64,000 nucleotides of DNA, taken from contig JAANOX010000085.1 in NCBI GenBank assembly GCA_020184695.1, positions 62,001-126,000 of the forward strand, written 5' to 3'. The notes beneath the pieces were generated by a model, which was not told the origin of the DNA, ran no database searches, and saw only the letters and a list, made by a program, of their open reading frames with translations. The DNA is from Histomonas meleagridis 2922-C6/04-290x. Taxonomy: Eukaryota; Protista; Parabasalia. Position numbers and translations under genes: made by a program. Positions 11,538 to 22,311 of the stretch are shown here, piece after piece. How positions within the stretch are numbered: the first letter of the stretch is position 1; each line of letters begins with the position of its first letter.

Positions 11538-12634
11538 GAATTTGTGTTTCTATCGGAATTATCGATAATGTTTGTATATAATTCAGATGTCTAAACATAT
11601 TATAATACTCTAAATTTTTGATTTATTACCAAAGACTTTTAGGCAAATAGGGTGAGAAATAACTAGAACATTCTTTATATGAAATTTAATTTGTAATATA
11701 TTTCATGTAAAGTATGTTCCAAAATGTTTCAAAAAATACGTAGAACATTAGCTATTGCTCCAGTTATCCACATATTATCTTTATTATAATCATCTCTATG
11801 GTGCATGTCTTATACTTCAATACCACCATCTGTTTTAATAGTGCTATTGATGGTATATTTATTGTAGATTTAGGATATTCACAAGATCTATTTAGCAAAA
11901 TAAAATCTATTAATAGGATTCTTTATTAGATTTCCAATGATAGTTAAATCATTGTTAATAATATTAGATTATGTAATTTTTGTTCATTAGAATAAGCTGC
12001 ATTTGTAAAATCATATTGATAAGTAGTATCTTCATTTTCATCGACAGTGACTTTACATGTGTGAATATTAAATATTCCTCTGTGTCTCAAGTCACTGATA
12101 AAAAATTTACAATCTTATTGGTAACCATTAATTTCAATCGTGATTTCAAGTATTGACATTATTCTAATTAAATCAACACTATAACTTTGAGAAACACTTG
12201 TATTTCCAGAAAAGATGTCTATATTAGTATAATTGTTTTTTTCACCTTGTTCATTGATACTAAAATATGTATGGTATACATTAAGAATGAATGTTTCATT
12301 TTTATCTTCAAAAAATATATTTGTTTGTATTTTGTATTTAAATGATCATTTAAAGTGCAATTCATATTTTGATAATTTTCTATGTTATGTTGCAGAGGAT
12401 AAAGAACAGCAATGCCAAATTGGAAATTTTATGAAAAGCTTCGGACTTTTGCTAGTTTTTGAACTTTTTCCTACATTTTTTGGAAATTAAAAATAAATTT
12501 TTTTTCTTCATAAACCATTCAATAACCGTCACAAATTTTACAATCGAGTTGACTTTTTAATAATAAAAATTAATCGCAAACATTCGACCGTTAAAAATTC
12601 AATACTAGGTTATTGAGTAGTTTATAAGTTCAAA

Positions 12635-14820
12635 ATGCGCCAAAAACAAACAACAACAAATCAGAAATCTCAAAACGAATGGGAAACATTAACAACGCTC
12701 AAAAACATAATATTTGGTTTGAATATCGGTAATTTTGCTCAATCAGCAAATTATATTACCACCAATTTCCGTAAAGAATATCCAATATCTTATGATATCA
12801 TTATAAGCCGAATGATATATACATCTCTTTTGATTAATAATAATAATTTTAATATATATTTGAGATTATTACAAGACATTGAAAAATATGAAGAAAACAA
12901 TAAAATCAACACAAGAATAATTAATATCTTTGCTCAATTTCTTCTTAAAGAAAACACACAAGAATCATTTTATTTTCTTAATTTCATGAATGAGCATAAT
13001 TTACATGAATCAAAAATCATTCAAAATATACATAAACCATTTTTTGTTCATATTAATCAAGATAAACCAGATAAATATAAATATTTTTTTAATCAAGAAA
13101 ATATTTCTTATGAAGAACTTTCGAAGAATGATTTTGCACTTCATAAGCAATTAATTAAAGAAGGAGTTAATCCTAATGTAATTGTGAAAATAATTCGAAA
13201 TGACGAAATCGAAAAACTTCAAGAAATATCATCACAAAATGAATTCGATTTTAACCAGAAAATTGACCCATCACTTTATGAAAGATGTTCATTTATTAAC
13301 AAATGGAATGTTACATTAATTGATTACGCAGCATTTTTTACTGCAATAAAATGTTTTAAATATTTACTTATGAATGGTGCAAATATTGAAAATACAGGCT
13401 GTTGCAGGTGGAAATGAAGAAATTATTCATTTATGTGAACAAAATCATTCATCATTTGAAGATGCATATGAAACAGCAATTGAATTTCACCGAAATGATA
13501 TTTTCAAATATCTTTATGAAAATAAAATTAAAGATATTAATAAATTAAAAGAATTAGGTGAAAAATGCGTTTCATATTTTAATTATGAAATTTTTACATA
13601 TTTAGAAAAAGAAGGAATGAAAATTAATGAAAATATCATTAATGAAGCAGCAAAAATTGGAAATATTTTTCTTGTAAAATATTTCCTTAAAAATAATCAA
13701 CTTTCAGAAAATATTTTAGTTTTTGCTTCATTTTCAGGAAATATTGAACTTGTTACATACATTTTAAAGCAAAAAGGAATTGATATTAATGCTAAAGATA
13801 TTTATTTACTTTATTTGAAATTTATTTGATTAATTTAAAATTTCAAAATAATATTTGGAAATTATTTAATTTATTTAATACAGCACTTACATTAGCATCT
13901 GCAAATGGTCATACAGAAATAGTTAAATTACTTCTTGAACAAAAAGGAATTGATATTAATGTTAAAGATATTTATTTGTTTTATTTAAATTTTATTTTAA
14001 TAATTTTGGATTTCAAAATAATATTTGGAAATTATTTAAATTATTTCAAACAGCACTTATTAGAGCATCTTATAAAGGTCATACAGAAATAGTTAAATTA
14101 GTTCTTGAACAAGAAGGAATTGATATCAATGCTAAAGATATTTATTTATTTTATTTGAAATTTATTTTAATAATTTATTATTTCAAAATAATATTTGGAA
14201 ATTATTTAAATTATTTGATACAGCACTTATTCATGCATCTCAATATGGTTATAATGAAATAGTTAAATTACTTCTTGAACAAGAAGGAATTGATATCAAT
14301 GCTAAAGATATTTATTTGTTTTATTTAGTTTTTATTTTAATAATTTGGAAATTCAAAATAATATTTGGGAAATATTTAAATTAATTAGTACAGCACTGAT
14401 TATGGCATCTACATGTAATCATATAGAAATAGTTAAATTACTTCTTGAACAAGAAGGAATTGATATTAATGCTAAAGATATTTATTTGTTTTATTTAGTT
14501 TTTATTTTAATAATTTGGAAATTCAAAATAATATTTGGGAAATATTTAAATTAATTAGTACAGCACTTATTCATGCATCTCAATATGGTTATAATGAAAT
14601 AGTTAAATTACTTCTTGAACAAGAAGGAATTGATATCAATGCTAAAGATATTTATTTGTTTTATTTAGTTTTTATTTTAATAATTTGGAAATTCAAAAAT
14701 AATATTTGGGAAATATTTAAATTAATTAGTACAGCACTGATTATGGCATCTACATGTAATCATATAGAAATAGTTAAATTACTTCTTGAACAAGAAGGAA
14801 TTGATATTAATGCTAAAGAT
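12635..14820 (+). CDS. Ankyrin-repeat gene A: N-terminal parabasalid DUF3447-like region plus C-terminal ankyrin repeats, each interrupted by an 80-nt spacer. Frameshift near 13398 and no terminal capping block, so possibly a pseudogene.
   Basis: ORFs 12635..13417 and 13374..13829 together give the family N-terminus (IIRNDEIEKLQEISSQNEFDFNQKI...LIDYAAFF..IKCFKYLLMNGA...AVAGGNEEIIHLCEQ). Six further 90-nt blocks TALxxASxxGxxEIVKLLLEQEGIDINAKD start at 13880, 14050, 14220, 14390, 14560 and 14731. Confidence 0.8.
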
Positions 14821-14866
14821 ATTTATTTGTTTTATTTAATATTAATTTTAATAATTTGATAATTAA
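13710..14866 (+). repeat. 170-nt tandem array (90-nt ankyrin block + 80-nt AT-rich spacer)
   Basis: Spacers at 13800-13879, 13970-14049, 14140-14219, 14310-14389, 14480-14559, 14650-14730 (81 nt), plus a truncated one from 14821. Confidence 0.95.
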
Positions 14867-15634
14867 AAATAACAAGAATCGCTGAAGTAAAATAGTTATT
14901 AAAGTTGTTTATAAAAATTTGTTGAGTGTGTAAATGAGAAAAATGATTAATTCTTTTTAAAATTTTATATGAAAGATATTTTTTTTTTAATAAATTTGTT
15001 TATATTCTGAAATCAAAGCTATGATTTTAATGTTTTTTATTTTGGGCAAAAATAGAACGAAATGGGCAAAGTGCCCCTAACGATAGGAGTTGAACAAGTA
15101 TCACTTTTAAAACAGGCCTTGTAAATGAGTAATTTTACTATATCTATAATCTGTACCTTCTTCAGCTGCCCAGATTAGTGCTAGAAAAAATAATTTAAAT
15201 AATTTCCAAATATTATTTCAGAATATAAAATTTTTATATGGAAACAACTTTTTGTGATTAAGATAATAATTGCTACGATAGATTTTTTTATGGTCACTTT
15301 TTTCAAAAAATGTGTTGCCATTTTCCTACATACGTACTTGCCACATTTTTAGAATTTCAGGTGGGAATGAAAGAGTTTACACAAGCCTCATCAAAATTGA
15401 TCATGAAATGAATTTCTTTTGTTTCTTTTTGCTCCAGTGTACACTATAGGCAAAAGCGCTGGTACACGAAATCCATTCTTAATTCTTTTACTGGAAACAA
15501 AAAAGTTACCTAACCAGGACTTGTTGATGATGTTAATCAAAAAAGACGATACAGGATCTAGCAACCTATTATATGTAAACTATTCAAAACTCTATTTTCA
15601 GATATAAACGTTATATGTCCAAAAAACTGAAATT

Positions 15635-15658
15635 GTACGTTAAAATTTGGCGTACGTT
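15635..15658 (+). promoter_or_regulatory. Tandem GTACGTT element upstream of ATG 15674
   Basis: GTACGTT at 15635-41 and 15652-58; the same doublet precedes ATG 45611 and ATG 59935. Confidence 0.6.
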
Positions 15659-15673
15659 TACAATTAACGAGAG

Positions 15674-16876
15674 ATGAAAGGAAACACTCTGTCGATTGAT
15701 GAACTGGTTTCCTCCTCATCTGACGAAGAACACACTAACCAACAACTAATCAAAGAAATTGAGGATCTTCAAAAATCACTTCGTGAATCAAAGAAATTAA
15801 AAAATCAATTAGACATACAAATTGAAGGACTCGAATATAATATTAAATGTGCTGAAAATGCTAGAAGTATAGGCAGTAGATCCAATTTGAATATAACACG
15901 AAGACTTCAGATGATTTTTGGACAATCATTAAAAGAAGATGATTTAGTTGCAAAAATTGCTGATTTACAAAAGCAATCAATAGAAGCCCGTGAAGAAGCA
16001 GAAACTCTTGAATCACGCTTGTCCACACTTAAAACCCAATTCTCAACACAACAAACAGAGTACAAACAAAAAATTCGACAGATGAAAGAAGGACTCAAAC
16101 AACTTCAAGTAAAAAATGAAGCAGCTTCAAAGCAAATTGCCATGATAGATGAAGAAAGTGAGCGAAGTCAAAAAGAACTTTCTCAACTTGATCAAGAAAT
16201 TTCTACTTTAACTTCTCAACTTCAAAATGCTATTGGCAATAATTTAAATATGAGTATTCCAGAAATAAAAGAAATGATTTGGCAACATTCTGATGATCGT
16301 ATTCGCGAACAATGCATTCGAATATTTCAATCATTAAATTTACCATTTGATTCACGTTTGAATGCACTTGATATGTTAGATGAATTAAAGTCACGTTATA
16401 CTCAAATGCATGATCAAATATGTGAACGAAATATAGTGAACAAAGAAATTAATGATTTTGAACAAGAGATAAATAATGTTCAAGGAGAACTCAAGGCATC
16501 AAAAGCACAAATAATACAACTTAAAAAGAAAAAAGAAGCAATTGAAGCTGAACTTAATGAACCAATCCCAAATTTTGAAGTTGACAACAAAGAAATTGAA
16601 AAAGCGAAGGAAGAACAGAATGAAAGAATTAATATGTTACGAGAAGCAATGGAAGATGCAATTAAAACATTAGGGTATAATGTTGTCGTTCCACATACAT
16701 TAAAAGATATTTGTTATTGTTATTGCAATTTGATAAATTCAATTCAGAAAGAAATTATCAAAAGAATGAAAACCAAAAATGAAGAACCAGACTTACAATA
16801 TTTGAAATATAAAGTTGACATGGTAAGAAAACAAAACAGAGAACTAAAGAAAAAAATACAAAAAATATATGAATAA
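15674..16876 (+). CDS. Coiled-coil protein (cytoskeletal/SMC-like heptads)
   Basis: 400-aa ORF rich in E/Q/K/L heptads. Confidence 0.75.
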   Translation: MKGNTLSIDELVSSSSDEEHTNQQLIKEIEDLQKSLRESKKLKNQLDIQIEGLEYNIKCAENARSIGSRSNLNITRRLQMIFGQSLKEDDLVAKIADLQKQSIEAREEAETLESRLSTLKTQFSTQQTEYKQKIRQMKEGLKQLQVKNEAASKQIAMIDEESERSQKELSQLDQEISTLTSQLQNAIGNNLNMSIPEIKEMIWQHSDDRIREQCIRIFQSLNLPFDSRLNALDMLDELKSRYTQMHDQICERNIVNKEINDFEQEINNVQGELKASKAQIIQLKKKKEAIEAELNEPIPNFEVDNKEIEKAKEEQNERINMLREAMEDAIKTLGYNVVVPHTLKDICYCYCNLINSIQKEIIKRMKTKNEEPDLQYLKYKVDMVRKQNRELKKKIQKIYE

Positions 16877-17088
16877 AAATTATGTTTTGGTTGATTAAAT
16901 GATTACATTTTCCTTTTTTTCTCTTCAATATTGTTTGAAAAGTATTAAAAATGTGTTTACACAGTTCCAAAATCCAATTTTTGAATATAAATCCGATGAC
17001 TTTTCATTCATTTGGTTCTATCGTTGCACAAATGTATGAGCTTAATAAAATTATTTTACAGCAAAAACAAATAACAAAAAATAGAATT

Positions 17089-18639
17089 TTATATCTTGAA
17101 CACTGTTGGTAATGGGTACAATGGACTTGTGTCCCATTCGTTAATTAAGAATTCCACGAAAGAGGACGCAACAGTTTGCAATCTTACAAACAAGTTCGGG
17201 TTATCTGTCGGATATATTACGTTTGGGCTGAAGACCATTGCAAGGTTTCCTTGGTCCATTTTCGTTTCTTCTGCAGTTTCGCTTTGTTTCTTTAAGAAGC
17301 CGACCAAGTACATCAATACGTTTCGGTTAACTATGTCCATTGCGTTAACAATGTCCATGTACTGTTCCTTTTTACTTTGGCCCAAACGTTCGGTTAATGA
17401 TTTCGATATGATTGCTCCCGATATGCTCCGAATCCATGACTTAAATAAGGACGAAAGATCATAGACATCAATGGACTCCAAAAAACTAAAGTCTCCCGAA
17501 TTTGCACTATATTGATATTGATCAAGATTAACGGTTTTTCCAGATAGTCTGAAAATTCCATGCGTGTGCTGGCAATCTTTGGCAAGGAGCTCACTGATGA
17601 TCTTGTAGAGGAAAACGGGGATTGGAAGATTGGGATGTGTCCGTTGTTGAGAAAACATTATCTCATACAAGCTGACTCCAAACTGACGAGTGGATTTGGT
17701 TGGGTCAGTAAGTATGGAATCGACAGGCACGACTATGGGCTCCTCGGTGTTGAATTGTGAGATTGCCCGAATATATATATAAAATGCAAGATCTTTAGCA
17801 GCATCGTTAGAACAGTTGAGAGCAATGCGTGCCAAATGGCCAAGAATATATGGGAAGTAATCCCTGGAAGGAACATTGGTTGAGAGCATTATGTGAAATA
17901 ATTCAAGAGCTTTAATAAATGCACCGTCATATCGAATGGTGTTGGTTTGCTTGAGAAGATAAAGATATGTTTCGTTAACTAATGAGGAATCCTTTTTGAG
18001 AAAATCAAGAATTTCTTGTATTGTGCCATTAACTTTCTTAGATGGTTTGACTCCGGTATAAGCCAAAATGGTTTTGAAGATAAGAAGTGCTGTTTTTGCT
18101 ATGTTTTTTTCTAACTTTAAAAACGTAACGATGAGAGGTTTCTCTTGGAACCCATAAGTTTGTGATGATTTCCTACCTTTCTTTTCTTCCACAATGCTTT
18201 CAAATAGTTTTGAAATATCGGCGTTGTTCGCATCAGATTCTATTGACTTTGGATAAAATAACGGTTTGCCATCATCATAGCAAAGAGATGTGGGATCAAC
18301 CGTTGTAGTAGTAGTGGTGGTAGTTTGGCGCTTCGGTGTAAGTGGTGATTCAGTTGGAGGTTTGTTTGGTCGCCTTGGAATTTTTTTGTGTGCTTTTTTC
18401 TTCTTCTTGCTTAGGTCAACTTGCTCAAGAGAACCACTCGGTTTCTTCGTATGTGAAACTACAAATGTACTTGTCCTTCTTCGTACTGTATTAGTTGGTT
18501 TTGTAATATATTGATGTGTGTTTGGGTCAATGACAACAGCATCATTTGGAAAATCCCATGTACATTCATGCGTTTTAGCATTGAAGTAGTAGGGCTCTCC
18601 ATTGTGTTTGTAAAGATAATAAACATTTTGTTCAGTCAT
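17089..18639 (-). CDS. WW + MyTH4 + RhoGAP protein (ARHGAP39/Vilse-like architecture)
   Basis: N-terminal WW (YYLY..NGEPYYFNAKTHECTWDFP), MyTH4 (ETYLYLLKQT), RhoGAP arginine finger GIFRLSG and NLAMVFSPN. Confidence 0.85.
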   Translation of the reverse strand: MTEQNVYYLYKHNGEPYYFNAKTHECTWDFPNDAVVIDPNTHQYITKPTNTVRRRTSTFVVSHTKKPSGSLEQVDLSKKKKKAHKKIPRRPNKPPTESPLTPKRQTTTTTTTTVDPTSLCYDDGKPLFYPKSIESDANNADISKLFESIVEEKKGRKSSQTYGFQEKPLIVTFLKLEKNIAKTALLIFKTILAYTGVKPSKKVNGTIQEILDFLKKDSSLVNETYLYLLKQTNTIRYDGAFIKALELFHIMLSTNVPSRDYFPYILGHLARIALNCSNDAAKDLAFYIYIRAISQFNTEEPIVVPVDSILTDPTKSTRQFGVSLYEIMFSQQRTHPNLPIPVFLYKIISELLAKDCQHTHGIFRLSGKTVNLDQYQYSANSGDFSFLESIDVYDLSSLFKSWIRSISGAIISKSLTERLGQSKKEQYMDIVNAMDIVNRNVLMYLVGFLKKQSETAEETKMDQGNLAMVFSPNVIYPTDNPNLFVRLQTVASSFVEFLINEWDTSPLYPLPTVFKI

Positions 18640-19035
18640 TTGGAGTGTTCAGTCAAAAATTTCATACTTTTTCATAGAAGTTATAACGGTTACAGGTCGT
18701 CGAGTGTCGGGTTTACATACGCATGTTTTGAATACTTTATTTTGTTTATTTAATCAGGCGAAGGCATTCTTTTGAAAATGATTATTTTTGGCAATCGTTT
18801 TTTTTTCCAAGCAAACTAAGTCAATTTTGAATTCGGGGAAAAGTAAACGTTTTATACAAAGTGAGGCGCTCTTAATTTACCCCAAGAATTACCCTATAAA
18901 ATATAAAGTAGTCAAACATTTCAATCAACGATGCGTCATTAAGGTATTGAATTTTGCCGATAGAACGACAAAATTTGTCAAAAAGCCACCAGCCATGGCG
19001 GTTAGAGTTGTTGTTCGAATACACTTCACATTGTC

Positions 19036-22000
19036 ATGTTGTTGATTTTCCTTTTTGCTGATCTTATATCATCAGAAAACTTTTGTTACAAGGGAAATTC
19101 ATTGGCAGCTTGTCCAGAAGGAACACAAGAAGTTATCACTTTTGAAGAAGTTAAAATTTCAACAGGAGCTACTAATCTTTATCTTTTAGATTCAGATTTT
19201 GAAGTTGACTCCGACTTTAGTTTTCCACTTACAGTAGATGGTTCCTTTTCTCAAGAAAAGCCAGAGTTTTCATTTTCTTACATTGATCAAAAGAATAGTG
19301 CACCTTTAATAGTCAACCAAGCAACAGTCAAAATGCAAAATTCAGCTAAAGTGACACTATACTCCCTTACACTTCAAAATAGTGATCTTGTTGTTGATGG
19401 CGTTGAAATGATAATTACTACTTTCAGATACCAAGGAAAATGCTCAATCAAGAATACCCAAGCTCTTACCCTTCACTCTGAGAGTTTTTACACTGAAGAT
19501 GAATCTATCTGTACTACCGATAACGATGTCACATTAGAAGGCACACACTTCCTCTACCTTTCATCAGAGCCAACCAACTTTAACATTAACACCAATTCGC
19601 TTTCAATATCATTTAGTCTTGATAAGGAAACAGATACCATATATAATTTTAAGTCAATCACCGTTGAAAATCTCCACGTGTACACTTACTGTTCTGTATA
19701 TCCTACTCCCGAATCATATGCCCCATTTGTTAATGTTCCAAAAGACTTTCTCAGAGCTCAAGAATCAATAACGATTGATAATCCCAAGTTTTACATTAAT
19801 GGTGAAATCGAACTTTTAAACCATGATCCATGGGCAATTGATCAGCTTAGTCCCTTTAATCCAACCCGTGTAATATATGACCTTGATATCACTGATCAAA
19901 AGGCCTCTTTCATTCTTTTAGAAAACCCATTTTATACATATCTCAGAGTATTCTTTACTGATCAACCAGATACGCCAGAACATCTTTTTGGATCCATTGT
20001 TATTACTGATGAGAATGCGTCAGAACTATGGAATTATGTTTCACCATTTACAATTGCCGTAACTGTCTACTTTAATACAAGTAATACAAAGCCAATTCCA
20101 TTCCCAGATACAGAGCTTGAATCAAAGGTTAACTTAACATTTGCGCCATGCTTTTTCTTCCCAGGAACACCAAGCGAAGTTGTTACAGTTCTTTTTGAAT
20201 CAGAGAATATTCAAAACGCAGTTGATTCATTCTTTATCTCAAGTTTAGTTCAACCAGAAACAAAACAATTGTTAAGACTTAAAGAATTTAAACTTACTGA
20301 AGGAAAAACACATACATTCCCAATATCAACATTCGGTATTTATGATATGCAAATGACTGGCATTACTGGTGAATATTCATTTTCTGAAACTGAATCTGCT
20401 GGTGGATATTGGCAAGGTGAATATCTTAGTAACATTGACTCATTCCAAATGTTAGTATGGATTCCAGAAACTCAATACGCTATAGAACTGTCAGAGCAAT
20501 TAACTATACGTACTTATTCTGTACAAAAATCATTACCACAAGCATACATGTATACTATAATGACAACTGCTAACCAAATTAATTGTTATTTGGATGAAAT
20601 TTCTGAGTATCTCTCATATCCAGTAGTAACTATCTTTAGACAATTCAATAAGGGATTATGTCCATTCTACTTTAGATCAGCTTATTCACGTCCTAATCCT
20701 TATATTGTATATGTAGATATGTTCAATTCAACTCAATTTGTATCATGTGATGGTAATTTCCCTGTTGGCTTTGGAGGTTATGCAAATTGTCAATTTAGAT
20801 TAGCTGATGAAATTTCTAATGTAACAGGTCATATATATCCATTTACTGTTTCTGATGCAACTTTATTTGGTACTGGAAATCAAAGAATTGAAGCTAACGT
20901 TACAACAGAAGAATGGGGAATGTTTGCGAACTTTAGGGCTTATTTGGTTTATCCCGATTATACTATTACAACACCAGATGGTGGTATTGTTCAAGGCCAA
21001 GTGAAAACATTGAATCTTCGAAATTGCGGAAATGTTCAACTTCAGCCATTCGATTTATATAAGGTAACAAACGAAAATATTAATGTTTCTGTTTCAGCTG
21101 ATGACTATACTAAAATCCCAGTTTTAGCAATTAGTGATATTGATACTTCTATTTATAGCTATGATATACAATACTCAGGAGAAACTTTAACTGAATCGAC
21201 AGTAACTTCAATACCACTTGTAACAGGAGCTAAAAATATAAAAGAATATTCACAAACATGTATAGGATGTGATCCAAAGATTCAAACATATATCCAATAT
21301 TCACGCGGTTCTTTGTACTTGTATATTAATAACGAGCCACCTACTCCTGAAACAGAAACAGAAACAGAGCCAACACAAGAACCTACACAAGAACCAACAC
21401 AAGAACCTACACAAGAACCTACACAAGAACCTACACAAGAACCTACTCAAGAACCTACACAAGAACCAACACAAGAACCAACACAAGAACCTACACAAGA
21501 ACCAACACAAGAACCTACACAAGAACCTACTCAAGAACCAACACAAGAACCAACACAAGAACCAACACAAGAACCAACACAAGAACCAACACAAGAACCT
21601 ACACAAGAACCTACTCAAGAACCAACACAAGAACCTACACAAGAACCAACACAAGAACCTACTCAAGAACCAACACAAGAACCTACACAAGAACCTACAC
21701 AAGAACCTACACAAGAGCCAACTCAAGAACCTACACAAGAACCTACACAAGAACCAACTCAAGAACCTACACAAGAACCTACACAAGAACCTACACAAGA
21801 ACCAACTCAAGAACCTACACAAGAACCTACACAAGAACCTACACAAGAACCTACACAAGAGCCAACTCAAGAACCTACTCAAGAACCAACACAAGAACCT
21901 ACACAAGAACCTACTCAAGAACCAACACAAGAACCTACACAAGAACCAACACAAGAACCTACTCAAGAACCTACACAAGAACCTACACAAGAACCTACAC

Positions 22001-22311
22001 AAGAACCTACACAAGAACCAACTCAAGAGCCAACTCAAGAACCTACTCAAGAGCCAACTCAAGAACCTACTCAAGAACCTACACAAGAGCCAACACAAGA
22101 ACCTACACAAGAACCTACACAAGAACCTACTCAAGAACCAACAACCGAAGGACAGAAAAACAATAAGCAATTAGTTCCTATAGTTTGTGGCGCTTGTGGT
22201 GGTGTCGTTTTAATTGCGATTGCCATAGTTATTGCTGTGTTTGTTATCCGTAAGAAGAAGCAACAAAAGAGCGGCTCACAATCCGGCGTTCTCAGCGAGC
22301 AATTAATTTAA
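19036..22311 (+). CDS. Type I membrane/surface protein: signal peptide, about 770-aa ectodomain, EPTQ stalk, TM helix, short basic tail
   Basis: MLLIFLFADLISS leader; 64 EPTQ units; TM LVPIVCGACGGVVLIAIAIVIAVFVI followed by RKKK. Confidence 0.9.
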   Translation: MLLIFLFADLISSENFCYKGNSLAACPEGTQEVITFEEVKISTGATNLYLLDSDFEVDSDFSFPLTVDGSFSQEKPEFSFSYIDQKNSAPLIVNQATVKMQNSAKVTLYSLTLQNSDLVVDGVEMIITTFRYQGKCSIKNTQALTLHSESFYTEDESICTTDNDVTLEGTHFLYLSSEPTNFNINTNSLSISFSLDKETDTIYNFKSITVENLHVYTYCSVYPTPESYAPFVNVPKDFLRAQESITIDNPKFYINGEIELLNHDPWAIDQLSPFNPTRVIYDLDITDQKASFILLENPFYTYLRVFFTDQPDTPEHLFGSIVITDENASELWNYVSPFTIAVTVYFNTSNTKPIPFPDTELESKVNLTFAPCFFFPGTPSEVVTVLFESENIQNAVDSFFISSLVQPETKQLLRLKEFKLTEGKTHTFPISTFGIYDMQMTGITGEYSFSETESAGGYWQGEYLSNIDSFQMLVWIPETQYAIELSEQLTIRTYSVQKSLPQAYMYTIMTTANQINCYLDEISEYLSYPVVTIFRQFNKGLCPFYFRSAYSRPNPYIVYVDMFNSTQFVSCDGNFPVGFGGYANCQFRLADEISNVTGHIYPFTVSDATLFGTGNQRIEANVTTEEWGMFANFRAYLVYPDYTITTPDGGIVQGQVKTLNLRNCGNVQLQPFDLYKVTNENINVSVSADDYTKIPVLAISDIDTSIYSYDIQYSGETLTESTVTSIPLVTGAKNIKEYSQTCIGCDPKIQTYIQYSRGSLYLYINNEPPTPETETETEPTQEPTQEPTQEPTQEPTQEPTQEPTQEPTQEPTQEPTQEPTQEPTQEPTQEPTQEPTQEPTQEPTQEPTQEPTQEPTQEPTQEPTQEPTQEPTQEPTQEPTQEPTQEPTQEPTQEPTQEPTQEPTQEPTQEPTQEPTQEPTQEPTQEPTQEPTQEPTQEPTQEPTQEPTQEPTQEPTQEPTQEPTQEPTQEPTQEPTQEPTQEPTQEPTQEPTQEPTQEPTQEPTQEPTQEPTQEPTQEPTQEPTQEPTQEPTQEPTTEGQKNNKQLVPIVCGACGGVVLIAIAIVIAVFVIRKKKQQKSGSQSGVLSEQLI
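21367..22146 (+). repeat. 12-nt coding minisatellite, 64 x EPTQ followed by EPTT
   Basis: (22135-21367)/12 = 64 units; variation is only synonymous (gaa/gag, cca/cct, aca/act). Confidence 0.95.

Noticed and set aside
13798-13881. Reading the spacers as U12-type AT-AC introns (G|ATATTT...ATAC|A)
   Set aside because: Removing 84 or 82 nt does not restore the frame, and there is no ATATCCTT 5' site or TCCTTAAC branch.
13800-14730. Simple -1 frameshift read-through of each spacer
   Set aside because: Disfavoured, not excluded: no conserved XXXYYYZ slippery site, the first spacer has an in-frame TGA, and 27 hydrophobic residues would be added to each hairpin.
13826-14859. Small ORFs 13826..14092, 14345..14554, 14515..14859, 52230..52487 and 52570..52827 as separate genes or TM proteins
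   Set aside because: They are by-products of the spacer frame shift; the hydrophobic F/Y/I/L runs reflect AT-richness.
13710-14866. 170-nt repeat/spacer array as a CRISPR
   Set aside because: Eukaryotic context; both parts of the unit are repeated, the variable part is ankyrin-coding, and there are no cas genes.
15055-15080. GGGCAAAGTGCCC hairpin as a transposon terminal repeat
   Set aside because: No partner terminus, target-site duplication or transposase found.
21269-22174. NQHK-repeat (+) and FLCR-repeat (-) ORFs
   Set aside because: Alternative-frame shadows of the stop-free EPTQ minisatellite.
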